A stretch of DNA of 64,000 nucleotides from Schmidtea nova (Eukaryota). Shown here piece after piece: positions 46,888 through 61,152 of this stretch; within the stretch, counting starts at the first letter, position 1, and every line of letters starts with the position of its first letter. Made by a program: the position numbers and the translations under genes. A model generated the notes under the pieces. It saw nothing but the letters and a program-made list of their open reading frames with translations, did not search any database and was not told the DNA's origin. Location: NCBI GenBank assembly GCA_044892505.1, contig CM097882.1, positions 219,294,001 to 219,358,000 of the forward strand, given 5' to 3'.

Positions 46888-48570
46888 ATGGTCAGCGCAT
46901 TGACTCAATCGGTTAAAGAAATTCCAGCCGATGTTCTGATGAAAATGACTCGACACATGCGTCACTGGCGGCGCGAGTTCCAACCATCTGAAGAGACCGA
47001 CCTATGGGGTCGTAATAAAGTAGAAATCCGATGGGAAGGTGACCCATCCTGGCCTAGATAGTGAGAAAAAGACAATGTCAGGAACCAACCTTGGTTCATA
47101 AAGCTAGGTGATAAAATTGGCATTCCGAGGTGGTTGCTTCATTTCCATCCGATAGCGACACAACAGTTACAGAATATTACTAGATAAGCCTCGCAATATG
47201 CGTACTGGGGATGAAATCCAATATCCAAACCTACCCGGGGGATTCCAAGAGGAATGGAGTTCGCGATCCCCTTGGGCAACCTCAATTCGATTCCAAGAAA
47301 TCTTTCTTTCTTCTACCACGATAATGGATTGCGCCGAGAAGACACCGATTTCTCCCAATATTGGACGAATATGGTAACCGTGGAAGAAAAATGAGAAAAT
47401 CAAGCTTGAACTATCATCAAATTTGTGTTTGGATGTTGTGATTCAATAAATGTATGATACCACTGTGTTTGGGTTAATTGAGTTTGTTGTGGGGTTGACT
47501 GAAAGTATGTTTGAATAAATAATTAAGGGGATAGTAGATACAACATGGGAGAAATCCATGAAGAGTAGACTAGACCGGGCGGGCCAAATAGTCGCGCATT
47601 TTTTCAGACCCTACTTTTATGTGCTTTCCTAATAGAACAACTCACAATGAAAGACTACCATAAGCGAGTCAACTTGGACGACGACGGACAGTTGAAAAAA
47701 CGAATTCGATTACTTAAGAGCACAATTCATCGTCAGGTGAATGAGATCGAGAGGATAAAAAAACTTGGTTTAGTCCGGAACGCACCAAGGAAATATTAAA
47801 GTCTAAAGACCGTGCCGTACGGGCAGTAGATAATCAGACGAGAGAACTAGCCACCACAAAATTGGAGATGAATAGATGTCTAAGAGCTATGACCAGGGAG
47901 TTCATCGAAACTCACTTGAAAGATCAAATACGGACTAACACGTTCGAAAGATGGGTGCCATCACAACTCGTGAGCACGAAAACACAAACCGAAACAATTG
48001 AAGCAACAGTAGCAAGGAGCGATACCGAGGTTACTACGGTGCAGGACTCCATGGTAGGGCGAACAAAGAAGTGAAATCGATTAGGCACGAAAAAGAGGCG
48101 GGAACGCAGAGCATTCGCCAATCAACTAGGCATTGAGATAGATCTGTTAAATGGTCTCTCAGAAAGGCAGTTGGTAAAAGATAATAAATACAAATGTTTT
48201 TTTCGGATAAATATATGTATTGTATTAAAATAATTTGTTTTCGAGTATGCGTGGAAAGTATGATGAAATAACTTGTGATGACTAAATAACTGGATAAGGA
48301 TAATCGTAGATAAAAGGGACCAAAAGAAAGCCACAAAAGTCTTCTATCGACAGTGGTGGACCCGTAGCTTTAATAGGGGAATAGTGGTCACCTAGATTGC
48401 TCACCTGCCTTATTAAACTACAACGCTTGGTGCAGTACCAACATGATGCACAAATAGGGGCAAGTCATGGGCATCAGCGGGGAGATATCTTTTTATCTAG
48501 GTGGGATTACCCTAATGTTAAGATAAAAAAGAATCCCGTGTATGACATCGTACCAACAAACCAGCAATAT
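46888..48570 (+). pseudogene. Second, decayed copy of the ORF A - ORF B - conserved block cassette
   Basis: Same order and strand as 38-1830. ORF B part reads TWFSPERTKEIL...EMNRCLRAMTREFI...TNTFERWV...STKTQT...NRLGTKKRRERRAFANQLGIEIDLLNGLSE. Confidence 0.85.
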
Positions 48571-49448
48571 TTGACCTACATAAATATTGAATTAGAGGTG
48601 CAATTGCAATGAAATGATAATAATAAAATAAATTCATATTAATAAATATCCAAAAGCAGAAAATCGATATAACTTAAATACCAAAATTTATTTTAAATAT
48701 AATCAAATCAAACACTCACTAAATTTCCTCACATTCCCCGTTTCAAAACTAGATTTCTTACTGATTATTATTTCGGTATACCATAGACTTGTAAATAATC
48801 TCCTTCTGGAGAATCTTTAAAGTAAAGCGTAAATATGAGCATAAGGCCTTCTATTGGCAGCAGGAACTCGTAAGAAAGATTACAAGGAGGAGTAGTTATG
48901 GCAACGAAGCTCACATGCTCATTGAATTCTTGCACCACTGTGTACATTATTTACATAGATTACCAAAGAGTAATTATGGATACACGAGTTAGTGAGTTTC
49001 AACATTTTGATGATGGTGTGTGTATTGCCGTAATCCCTAGAAAAAACAAGTTTTAACTACCCATTTACCAGAACTCATATGATCCCAATTCGGGTAAAAT
49101 AACACCCAAAAATTGTGAATAAGGAATCATGAGAGATGGGCTCGAAATAGTACCTGACCTTCTCTGCTCAAGTTCGTTTTGTTGATGTTCTTCAAAATGG
49201 TTCTTTAAAATGGTCTTGATGAAGTTAAATAGTTGCGCCTGAAATCATTCGGAATCGGATAATGAGAGCTGCAATAAGAATTTTATTCTCTTCAAGTTTC
49301 CTGATCCTAAACAGAGTATAAATTCTGGAATCTTTTCAGTGTATGTAACCAAAAGAAATTGTATAGTAATTTGAGTAGGGAAACCTTTCAGAAAATATAG
49401 TCAGATCCCTACCCAAATTTTTCGAAGGACAAAATTTATATAGGCTAA

Positions 49449-50319
49449 TGTTGAATGATGAGGGTAGGCCCATCGAAAAATTCACCGTGAACAAATACTA
49501 TCGATCGGGCAACAACAAATATCGGGTGAACATATATCTAGAAAAAAGTAATTAACCCCTCCTCCGTCGGTCTACAAACAATGCAAAGCAAATTCAATCC
49601 TATTATCAGACAATCTTCTATCATCCTTATGAACATTTTATCACAAACATTTATTATCAATTATTCCTCAATTATCTATGTGATGAACCAGGCTATCTTT
49701 CTTAATCATCCTTATGAACATTTGATCACAAAGATTCATGTGGTTAACTGAATAATTGTATTATTAATCAATTTTGGGTTATGTTAATTATTGTGTTTTA
49801 TTATTAATTTTGAGGTATTTTATATTATTTTCTAATCATGTGAAAATAAATTGGGGAAAAATTATTATTTAAAGTGTAAATACACAGGTGTTAAAATCCA
49901 TATGTTGAATATACAAGTATTAGGAAAAAACGGTTAAAATCAATATGTTGAAATCTTAAATAAATAAATAATAAAAATTTCAATTTAAACAGTAATCAGA
50001 ATTAGTGTAAAAGGAGAGCGCAAAATTAGTTTAACGACCAAAAAATTTTTAGTTAACCTTAGCTTAAACTGACTCTCTTAGGTACAAATCCTGAAGAGTC
50101 ATTAAACTGATCAGTTGATCAAAATATAAGAATAATCTTTGAATTTTGTAAATTTTTGAAACGTGTAAACCAATTTTTCTTTTAATTGAACTTGATTGTA
50201 AATTATCTTGGTAAATATTGTCATTTAAATATATCTTTGAAAACATTATTGTCTTACTTATTTATATAGGACACTATCCCAAGTTGAGATTGCAAATATA
50301 AATATTTGGAACCTCAACA
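49449..50319 (+). mobile_element. Solo LTR (871 bp) of a sister family of the 30482-44396 element
   Basis: TGTTG...CAACA ends. The last ~40 bp are near-identical to the big LTR end (aagttgagattgcaaat..aaatatttggaacctcaaca). The start encodes an ORF3 C-terminus homolog. Flanks CTAA/ATAA form a TSD with one mismatch. Confidence 0.85.
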
Positions 50320-52272
50320 ATAATTTCGAAACATAAACCTGAAAAAAGGCAAGATCCCTCGCAAAATTTTCGAATCTTAGAAAATTTCAAAGCATTACTT
50401 AGAAATGGGGAATTGAAGAACACTACTGAATCTTTTGTAAGATGCATGGGTGTAGAAGCCAAAGTAGATGTAAACGCTAGATCGCAATTCGGTTAAATTA
50501 AGAAAGGAATAAAAAACAAATAGAACACAATTAAAGAATAAATTTGACCAATCCCGGTTAAGGTAAGGCGAAGCACAAGATGTATTCTATCGGCATAGAT
50601 AATTATTAGGTATGGATACAAAGTTCGATAAGCGACCTTACTGAAGTAGCCTATTGACAATAGATATACAACTCGAACGTGGACGCGTCCAGTCACACGT
50701 TCATGAGTATATATTATGGTATAACAATGGAGGAGTCTAGGGAGTTCTATCTGATGACTGTTTACAACATTATGCACCATGGAAATTCAAGATCAGATAC
50801 CTGTCGTCAATCCGCAAATGCTATGAAAATTAAAAAAGAAAGTGAATAAATCCTTCTATCGGCAGCCACGAAGCCAAAGGGAGAATACAAAGAGGAGCAA
50901 ATGTGGAAATTTAACTCATCCGTACAGTTCTAACATATCTACAAGGTAGTAAATATTGGTACATAAGTGAAGTCTTTCTTTATTAAATTCTAAAGTCGGC
51001 AAAGTCATAATAACTGTCATCATAGTAACGTTTACATTTAACAACCCATATACCAACAATTCGAACGTTTTAAAATTGAAAAATTCAAGTTAAAAAATAC
51101 CAGAAATAATTTATGAAAGAAATCAAATATAAGTAAAATACAGTACATTTATTTCTATTAAAAAAATTACGATCAAAACTAAATTTAATCAAAATATTTC
51201 AAGTTATAAAACATGAAAAACTACAACTTTTCTTATAATTTTGGCTTCAATATACCGACAACTGGTTTCTTCAAAAATTCTTTCCAGTATTTCGGTCTTT
51301 CAAAAACTTTTTTAGTTTCTAACATAGCTTGATATAAATGCTCATAGACCTGAAAATTTTAAATGAATTTTTTAATGATGATAATGACAAATACAAATTG
51401 TTTTGTCGTTAGCAGATTTTATTAAAATACAATAATAAGGTAAGTGTTAAGCCTTTCTCGGCAATGTTTATTAAATGAAATATTTCGATCTTAAAAAATA
51501 TCCTGATCCCTCCAATACGAAATTCTTTTCAAAATTTTAAAAAATCGTATAGAGAATCCAAGTCTTCTCATTAATAAAAAAATCAAAACAATAAAAATAA
51601 TTCTTTCTTTTATTCTATATATGATTTTTAAAATTCTTTTAAAACCGAACGCTCTAATTATTGAAAATTAATAAATAAAAAATTTTAATTAATCAAAAAA
51701 TTTCTGAAAAATTTTAATTTTAAGTTTATTTATTCTATCTCAAGAAAAAATCTTAATTTGTTTTAATAATTATTTTAAATCAGAATTCAGGAGAAAGAAA
51801 ATATCCAACAAGAAGTAAGAAGTCAATTGGAAAGAATTTCGTATTGGAGTGATCAGAATATTTTTAAGATCGAAATATTTCATTTAATAAAAATTGCGGA
51901 GAAAGACTTAANNNNNNNNNNNNNNNNNNNNNNNNNNNNNNNNNNNNNNNNNNNNNNNNNNNNNNNNNNNNNNNNNNNNNNNNNNNNNNNNNNNNNNNNN
52001 NNNNNNNNNNNNNNNNNNNNNNNNNNNNNNNNNNNNNNNNNNNNNNNNNNNNNNNNNNNNNNNNNNNNNNNNNNNNNNNNNNNNNNNNNNNNNNNNNNNN
52101 NNNNNNNNNNNNNNNNNNNNNNNNNNNNNNNNNNNNNNNNNNNNNNNNNNNNNNNNNNNNNNNNNNNNNNNNNNNNNNNNNNNNNNNNNNNNNNNNNNNN
52201 NNNNNNNNNNNNNNNNNNNNNNNNNNNACCTTTGATCTTTTTTTATTATTATTATCAATAATTCTCATAATG

Positions 52273-52471
52273 ACTATAGATCAAAATTTTTTTTTTTATA
52301 AACAATAACACAATATTTCGGCACAGCCTTTATCAAGTGTGTATTTCTATCGTTATATTTACTTAATCCTAAAAGGATTAAGTAAATATAACGATAGAAA
52401 TACACACTTGATAAAGGCTGTGCCGAAATATTGTGTTATTGTTTATAAAAAAAAAAATTTTGATCTATAGT
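52273..52471. mobile_element. Perfect palindrome (98-bp arms, 3-nt spacer), foldback MITE family
   Basis: actatagatcaaaa...acttaatcct-aaa-aggattaagt...ttttgatctatagt. A related copy lies at 55509-55639. Confidence 0.75.
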
Positions 52472-55190
52472 NNNNNNNNNNNNNNNNNNNNNNNNNNNNN
52501 NNNNNNNNNNNNNNNNNNNNNNNNNNNNNNNNNNNNNNNNNNNNNNNNNNNNNNNNNNNNNNNNNNNNNNNNNNNNNNNNNNNNNNNNNNNNNNNNNNNN
52601 NNNNNNNNNNNNNNNNNNNNNNNNNNNNNNNNNNNNNNNNNNNNNNNNNNNNNNNNNNNNNNNNNNNNNNNNNNNNNNNNNNNNNNNNNNNNNNNNNNNN
52701 NNNNNNNNNNNNNNNNNNNNNNNNNNNNNNNNNNNNNNNNNNNNNNNNNNNNNNNNNNNNNNNNNNNNNNNNNNNNNNNNNNNNNNNNNNNNNNNNNNNN
52801 NNNNNNNNNNNNNNNNNNNNNNNNNNNNNNNNNNNNNNNNNNNNACTTATTCAACATCATTTAGTGCATATGATCCTGAAATTTAATCACATGGCATTCA
52901 TAAGTTCATTAAACATTTTAAAATTTAATTTATTACTGGAACAGAGAGATAAATATTTTATTGTGGTTATGAAAATTGTAAAATTCATAATAATTTTATG
53001 ATATTGCAAAGAAAATGTTATTCGAATTCAATTTGGAAACATTTGAAATTATTATTAGAAATAATTCCAAAATTTAATGGAATAAATCTTGATGTTAATT
53101 AGTGGTTAAAAATATTTAAATTAGTCTTAATATAGTTGCTGGAAATTTTTATTTAAAGATTTAAAAGTTTCAGAAAGAGAAAGCACAAACACAAATACAT
53201 ATAAACATTTACATATTTTTACCTTTGAACTATGAGACAAAAGAATATTATATATTTTTATAGTTAATATGTTGTGATTTATTTATTGTGTTTAATATTA
53301 TGTCGTTTATTATTATGTTGAGAATAAATGTATGATGAGGGAGAAATTGTAGTGCCCAAGAGAGTCTTACAATACTAGTGTGCAAACACTCGGGGTGTAT
53401 GCTATGTAGTTAGGTGCCTGTATATGTGCTTGGGTGCGTGTGTATGTAGTGTATGCAGTCGATCAACAAGATAACAAAATAACAAAAATATAACACTTTA
53501 TTTTTGACTAATAACTTTAATAGCACGTACTTACTATATTTTCCTTCGGTTTTACAATCGGTTTCTACCGTTTCACAATAATGGGTTACTACCGAACCTT
53601 GGCTTTTGAATAGTGGTTTTCTGAAAGAATTTGCTTTTGGATAATTTTTCTTTTTCGGTCTTTCAATTGATTATTACAATTTCGCAATAATAGGGTTCTG
53701 CTGGGAAAGACTCTTGAATAATAGTTTCCTTCAGAACTTTGGTTTTGGATAGTTATTTTCAGCAAGAATTTGATTTTGGATGGGAAAAGAATTTTGGAAA
53801 TGAAAAACTATATACAATTTTGAATTTCTCTGATAAAGATTTCGCTCGAAAGACTACCAACGCTAAATCTTGTAATGCTAGAGTTAGTAAATCAGAATCA
53901 GCAACTAATTCGTATTTTTGTTTTCTAATTGTTTTTCGTTCTATTTTTTGTTTTTTTCGATATTTTCCTTAGCAATTTCTTTACGTTCGATCAATATTTC
54001 TATCCGTTTTATTATTATTTCTATAGTTTCTTTTTTCTTTTTTTTGTAATAGATTTTTCATTTTGAATTTAATTTTTTAATAATTATTATTATTATTATT
54101 TAAAGGCACAATTGCCATAAATCAACTAACTATCAAAAAAAGAGGGGGAAAGAACATCCACCAGGCTGCCCCAATGATAAAAGCGCCGAACATATTAATA
54201 ATGATAATAAAAATAAAAATAACAATAATATTAATATAACCTTTACATAAAATAAAAATAATAAAAATATACGGCATTAACACACACACATATATATATA
54301 TATAATATTCTTTTGTCATATAGTTCAAAAGTAGAAAGATATAAAGCTCTTACTGCTTTTATTTTGAGTTTGAACCAGTAAAGACATTTTTATGATGAAG
54401 GCTATAAGTTGAAAGTAATTTATGTTAAAACCACGGAAACTGAACGACAATTCGTCGAAAACAAGAAAAATTATTATCTTAGAAATTTTAGTGAGTCGTA
54501 TACTCTGAAAAATACAGTAAATAAAAAAATCACTTGAAGTGCTACTAATGTGATTCGCCATTGTAAGCAAACATTTATTTACAAATAGAATTCATTAATA
54601 AAAAATACATTTTTTGCTATTGTTATTTGATAATAGAAATTTTTGAAAATTAATATAAGTCGTCGAAAAATTAGAGATAATTTAAATTTTTTTCTTTATT
54701 ACATTCTGACAATCAATGACAATTTTGTTTTATATTTAACAAGAAATTTCAGTGCTACAAATAATTTGAAAAATCAATGCCGAAAATTCGTATGAAATAT
54801 AAAGTAAAATATTCATCTTAAGTCGAAAAAGAAATGAAAATAAACAAAATTGAAATAGTGAAAAGACACGATAACTTTATTAGTTTAGCTTATAATAATG
54901 AATTGAGAGAAATTAGAACGTCATTGTTGTGAATAATGTTCATTTTTGAAACCTTTTAAAGTTGTCTTCTTAAGATACTTACACCATCAGAAATCTAGAT
55001 AACAGAAAAAACTGGATAAAAGTTAAAATTAGTTTGTTCCTGGATTTCGATAAGTAAAATAATGAAAAAAACAAGACTTCGAAAATAGAGTTAAATCCTA
55101 GCAGTTGGTCCAACTAAGGATCTGGTTCATTCATTTTTATGAATATTCATTAAAATAAGTTTACTTTGCTTATTCGTTTATAATAATTAT

Positions 55191-55763
55191 GGGTCAAGGA
55201 CATTACCCCCTGTCATTACTCCCCGCTCTGTATTTCTGGGGTAAAACAAATAATATGACAAAAAATATATAGCACATAAACCAGATATAGGCACATGTTT
55301 TTGGCTGAATCCCGTGAGTATACTATTCTACAACATGATCAAACACTATTTATTAAATAATTATATGCATTAACTGAAAAATAATTATATAAATTGGCTG
55401 TTCACAAAATACTCCTACCACATGTTTCCTAGATTAAAAGTAATTCAACAAAAGAACAATTTACAAGAAACTATTTAGTTAACTATATCAATAATTTCCA
55501 TAACTGTATGACTATAGATCAAAAATATTTTTTAGTTTTTAAGTACACAATAGTTCAGAATTCTAAATACACACTTGATAAGGCTGCACCAAAATATTGT
55601 GTACTTAAAAATTAAAAAAAATTTTTTGATCAATAGTCAAAAATTAAGAGATCAAAGGTGAAACAAAAAGAAAATTATTTAGTTATTTATTGTGTTTATT
55701 TATTATATATTGATAAACCGGGGGGGGGGGGGGTAAATGACAGAGGCGTAATGTCCTGTTTCC
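55191..55763. mobile_element. Non-autonomous Mutator-like (MULE) element with a nested palindromic MITE at 55509-55639
   Basis: TIRs gg...ggacattaccccctgtcatt / aatgacagaggcgtaatgtcctgtttcc. 9-bp flanks aataattat / tataattat match at 8 of 9 positions. Confidence 0.7.
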
Positions 55764-56242
55764 TATAATTATGTATGTTTTCCTATAAAAATCTATAAAT
55801 AAATATTGGACTTTAAAACGGACATTTATTATTCATTATCTAATTTAATATAGGCAAATTCTACTCTTTCTAATTCATAATGTAATTAAATTGCAATCTA
55901 TGAGAACAAATTAACTTTATTTTCAATTTCCTATTTACAAAGTAACTAACCAGTGTTCAGATTGCATTTGCTTCTACTATGTGAACAATTCACGGCTGGC
56001 AATGGAAAAGGTCTTGTCACCTGGAATTTGGTTCAATTACCTTTAACGAACATTTGGTGACAATTAAGCTTCACGGAACTAATAAAACTTCTAAGGAATT
56101 CATAAAAATGGTTTAAATTAAAAATTGACCTATAAAAAATAAAGGGCCTGTTTGTGGGATATATTAGGAGTTATTTTAATAAAAAAATATGTTTATAACT
56201 AAGAACATGGGGTGCAAAATAGAAATATAAATAAAAAAATAC

Positions 56243-58306
56243 TTGTCCATTGGAAACTCCCAAAGGCGAATTTATCATAAAATCAGAAAACCCAAAAGAA
56301 TCAACCAAACTAACAGCGTCTGGTTTCAATTCATGACACAGTTGAAGGATTGTTTGCTTAATAATTTCACCGGACTTCGATTCACGAACATATCCATCTA
56401 GTTGGACAATGATTTATTAGTATTCTTTACAATATTCTTACTAACATTGATAAAGAATTCCAAGATGTTTATTTAAACACCATAAACCATAGAGAGCACT
56501 TAATCGTTGAAGAACTGGTGCTAGTTGTCTAGGTATAGTTGGACAATGTACAAAACGATCAAACTTTTGTATTATGTATCTCTAAATTATTTTAGAGACA
56601 TGTCAAAATAATTTTTACCACGAGCAACTAAATACAAATGTTTTTCAGAATTTAAATTAGTTGTCATCATTATTAACCCTATACCAGACAAGCCTACCTG
56701 AAGGCGGACTACATTAATAACACAATTACACAATATTTAAAAAATATTAAACAATAGTAGGCCATCTAAAATGTTTGTTTTCGTCAACTCTACATATGTA
56801 TATAAATTTGAATTATATCGACAAGTTCATTCAAGGTTTTTGATGTTGGAATTTTCAAAAGTGAAAAAAATAAATTAAGAAAAATTGGCCTGCTAGAGGG
56901 TTAATATATAATTGAGTCAAATTAAATGACCTATTGTACAAAACATTAATTAACCCCTTTTTTGTTCGTAGATTTAAGATTCTACTTCTTTTGGATTGGG
57001 TTCTCCTCGATTTTGTGTATACTTGATGTGGAAGTATAATTATGATATTAATTAATAATTGTTTATTTTAAATTGTTTTCACAAATGAACTCTAATTTGT
57101 AAATTATTCGACATATTAAATTGCTTGCCATGAAAAAAATGTATCATAGATTTAAAAAATAATAATTAAAAGGTACGAAGTCTGGACTATAAAGAGGATG
57201 AGACAATAACTCAATATTAGAAATTTTCGTTTTTTAATGTAAAGACTAAAAATCAAATTTGTTTTTTTAAATGATGTGCAAAAATTCATGTAAAACCATT
57301 TTCGTAAAAATTATTTTGATCTATAGTTTTTATATAAAATAAATGTAAATATCTGAAATAGAAAAAATTAGATCCAATATGTAAAAAAATAAAAAATGTA
57401 AATATAACTCAATAGTGTTTAATTTTGACTTTTACTGAACACTATCTTTATGCAGAATCACTAAAATTTGATAAAGTTCAGTGAAAACATTGGACGCCAT
57501 ATCGAAATGTACACAATATAATTTTATATTTTCTTCAAATGGAAAAAATTCAAAATTTATACTTTTTCAATTTCGAAAAACCGATGACTACTTTTTATTA
57601 CTGAATCTATTCTATCTTCATTGTTAAACAATTGTTCAACATTGTTAGGATATCTCAACGAGTTTCATTTATCATCAATGGTATGTCGCCAAAAATCTAT
57701 CATATTTAGAATTTTAAAGAAATATGCGCATGTGTCTTTAAGCATAAAATAAAGTAATATAAATAAATATGTGACAACAAGATGACAAACCTCATGAAAG
57801 ATGTGTGATAGGAACATAAAACATCAACTTTATCAGTAAACTCTTCAATCTGATTTTATTTGTAGATCATTTATACTTATATCATTTATTTGTTGATTTT
57901 ATTTATATATCACATAAAATTCTAAATAGTGTAAAAACACGAATTAATATAGGTAAAAATGTTACCAATAAAAATTTTTAAAACATATTTTATTTCTTTT
58001 ACTTAAATCATATATAGCCTTTTCTATTAACCACCCATTCGGCACTCGACGCTTCTTATTTAGACAAATAAATAATATGAACTTGAAAAATAATATATAA
58101 ATAATATTTAGGATTAATTATTTCAAAATATCTAAAAATAAAATGTCTTACTTCGATATAACATAACGATAGATTTTTACAAAAAAATATTTGGCTATTA
58201 TTTCGTGCCTCAAATTTGCTATCTCCAGCCCTTACTCGCTCATCTATTTTCTTTAATGACTCGATTAAGAGCTTCGAAACTAACCAATCATATGCAACTG
58301 TCCATT
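56243..58306 (-). CDS. ACOX3: Peroxisomal acyl-CoA oxidase (ACOX3-like), partial; exons 58152..58306, 56446..56581, 56243..56397
   Basis: Spliced translation AYDWLVSKLL...SKFEARNNSQ...LSLCYIE|RYIIQKF...LAPVLQRLSALYGLW.L.KH..ILYQ|YGY...ILQLCHELKPDAVSLVD...DFMINSPLG..NGQ. GT-AG junctions are phase-compatible. The 5' exons and the last exon were not resolved. Confidence 0.85.
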
Positions 58307-59020
58307 CTTAATAACACATGTGAAAGTAATTTTACAACAACTAAAACAATAATATAATATAAAATAAATGTAGTTTCTTTCAATTTATTTACATAAGAGT
58401 TTAAAATTGAATAATGTTTAATTTCCAGATAGTTAATATTAAATTCTTTACTTTGATTATTAGATGACAATTAGTCCAAATATTTATGAACTTCACACAA
58501 ATTTATGTCCAACGTTTTTTAAAAACTAAACACTAAATAAAACAAAAACAGTCCCGAAAAATAAAAAAATTGCCTTTAGTGAAAATTGAAAGCTTTATCA
58601 ATTGAATTTTTACTATTTTTTGAGAATATAGAAAATTTGACATGTTTAAATATTAATTAGATTAAATTTTAGATGATTTATCAAAAATTATAAAATATTT
58701 ATATTATAATTATATTATAAATTATTTAGTATTCATACAATTGGCCAAAAAGAATTATTTTCTTGAACTTTTCGGTTATGATTCATTTGGTTTGCTTGAG
58801 CTGCAGTTCATTAAACTATTTACATACCAATACAAATCAAAAGATTCGTTTTTTGCCAATTTTTAAAATTTTTATTTTATTTATACACAAACAGATTATT
58901 AGCCACAGAACTTCGGGTATTTATTGAATCCATAAAATTTGTAATTTACACGGTTTTTAATCAGAATAATATTTAAACAATTTATATCGTTAATTTGTTT
59001 AAATATTATTGTATTTAAAT

Positions 59021-61152
59021 ATGGCTAATATGGCGACCACGATTGAAAATTTTATCAAGCCATCAGAAACATATGACATGGATTCAGATGTGGAAGGTTT
59101 TATCTTAGAGATGGAATGATTCTTTGAGATGACAAATATTGTCAATGAATACAGAAGCAAATTCGTCAAAGCTTTTCTCTCAATCAATCCAACGAAGAAA
59201 TATGACTTGATAAATGAAACTCTGTATTATACAGAAAGATTAAGAAATACTTTTGTTAAGAACAGAAGTCTCATAGACGATCTCAACGAAGCTCTAAATT
59301 ATCGCCAAGGAAATAATGCGGCCGAAGAATTATGTACAAAATTGAGAAACTAGCAAAAAATTATTTTGAAGCATAAACTTGATGAAGAAGAATTGAAGAA
59401 ATTTCTGCTTTTTAATTAGCTCGACGATAAAGAAGTTAAAAGGGATATAAAATTATTTGACATTTAACATTTAAAATTATTTGACGAACTAAAAGAAAGA
59501 TTAAAAGGACACGATCTAGTTTCAAAAGAAATTAATGTATGTTATGCTGATGTAGCTGCAATGAATAAAACCCAACGTTATGCTGATGCTGTTAAAAAGA
59601 GTTTTCCAAGAAATGGTTATGTTAACATATCAAATAGAGAACGAGGAGCTAATCCAAGATTCAAAAATGTATCTACTAGAGAACATCAACCTATTTCAAA
59701 CGGATGGAAATCTAAGAATAGAAGTAATCCTTATAATACTAGTGAATTTCATTCACGAGATCGTACTTGAAAAAATCAAATTATGCGATTTTGGGCGTGC
59801 CACGAAGAAGGCCATAAAAGATCTGAATGCCCCAATATCTGATGTGCTCATTGTAAAAGATCAGGACATTTCAAACATTAGTGCCATGATTTATTTCCAG
59901 AAAGATTACGAAAATTCTTGAAATCAGTTGCTGCATTCGGTGATGAGGACCCAGAGGCTGAATTTGAGTACACAAACGGGAATGCTCCAACACATGAGGT
60001 GATCGGAGCAATAAATTAAAGGTAATTAATGTAATAGTTTGAATGATAATTGTTGTGATTGTGTTTATAAAACTAATATATATAATTTGTATGGATAACC
60101 CACCTATAACTTCCAATGAAATAATGTTTTTAATCGTGATAAACGAAATGATATAATAGTTTACGATAAAATGCAAGGAAGACCAAGTGTTAGCGTTATG
60201 ATTAGTGATGTAAATTTTATATGTCTATTAGATACGGGAGCTAAAATAAGTGTGATTGATTATAATATTTTTTAAAAACTTGGTAATTTGAGTATAAAAT
60301 AATTAAGATGCGCAAATGATAGCCCAATTGACATTTGCGGTAAAACTATATTAAATGTAAAAATTGATAAAGTTCTTGAAATTAAAAAAATAGAATTCGT
60401 TGTATCCAAAGATATAAACCCACAGAGGTATAGATTTTCTTGAAAAATTTGGAATGCAATTAAAAATAAAAAAACGAGAAAACGAGATAAATGAAATTAT
60501 GGATAATTCATTTAATAATAACATGAATGAAGAAAAGGTAGTAAATAATTTAATTTCCACATTTGACAGATTTTTTTATGAAACATAATGGGATGTTGGA
60601 AAAACAGAACTTTTAAAACACGAAATACTTACTATAGGTAGTCCAATTGTAATAAACCTAAGGTGACAACCTTGACATTTAATAGAAAAAATTGAAGAAA
60701 ATATCCAGGAAATGTTGAAATATGGCATTTTATCAGAATGTACATCTCCTTGAAATTCTCCATTAGTATGTGTTAAAAAGAAAAACAGCAAAAATATGAG
60801 AATATGTTTGGACTATCGTGCTTTAAATAATGCAACAGAAAGACCAAATTTTCCCATTCTAGATACAGATGAATTTTTAGATATTCTTGACGGGGCTAAA
60901 TTGTCTCGAGAATCGATCTACGCAATGCTAATTATCAAGTAGAACTTGATGATGCTTGAAAATTGAAAACAGCATTCTCCACAAAAAGCAAGCAATACTA
61001 CTTCAACAGAATGCCATTGGAATAGCAGCCGCACCAGCAACATTTTAAAGACTTATGAATTTGGTTCTTGGAGAATTAAATTGGTATGGAACAATTGTAT
61101 ATCTGGACAATATCCTTATATTTTCAAAGACGTTGAATGAACATTATAGAAC
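59021..61152 (+). mobile_element. Decayed Ty3/Gypsy element (gag, two zinc knuckles, protease, RT N-terminus), truncated by the next element
   Basis: PBS-like TGGCGACCACGA at 59031 (Arg-tRNA-like), GHKRSECP / CAHCKRSGH, LLDTGAKISVI, SPLVCVKKK...RICLDYRALN, VYLDNILIF. Many stops and frameshifts. Confidence 0.85.

Noticed and set aside
51827-52864. ORFs spanning N runs (also 2728-2953 and 27243-27488)
   Set aside because: They are artefacts of translating assembly gaps.
53348-54050. Possible additional solo LTR (starts TGTAGT; shares tgctatgtagt with the big LTR)
   Set aside because: No matching CA end or TSD was found and the similarity is too short.
54122-54245. Hydrophobic exon-like segment (INMFGAFIIGAAWWMFFPPLF) on the minus strand
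   Set aside because: It could be an exon of a membrane-protein gene, but I could not link it to other exons or a family.
56619-56697. Exon-like minus-strand segment (VGLSGIGLIMMTTN...) inside the ACOX intron
   Set aside because: It is phase-incompatible with the flanking ACOX exons, which join seamlessly without it, and no homolog is recognised.
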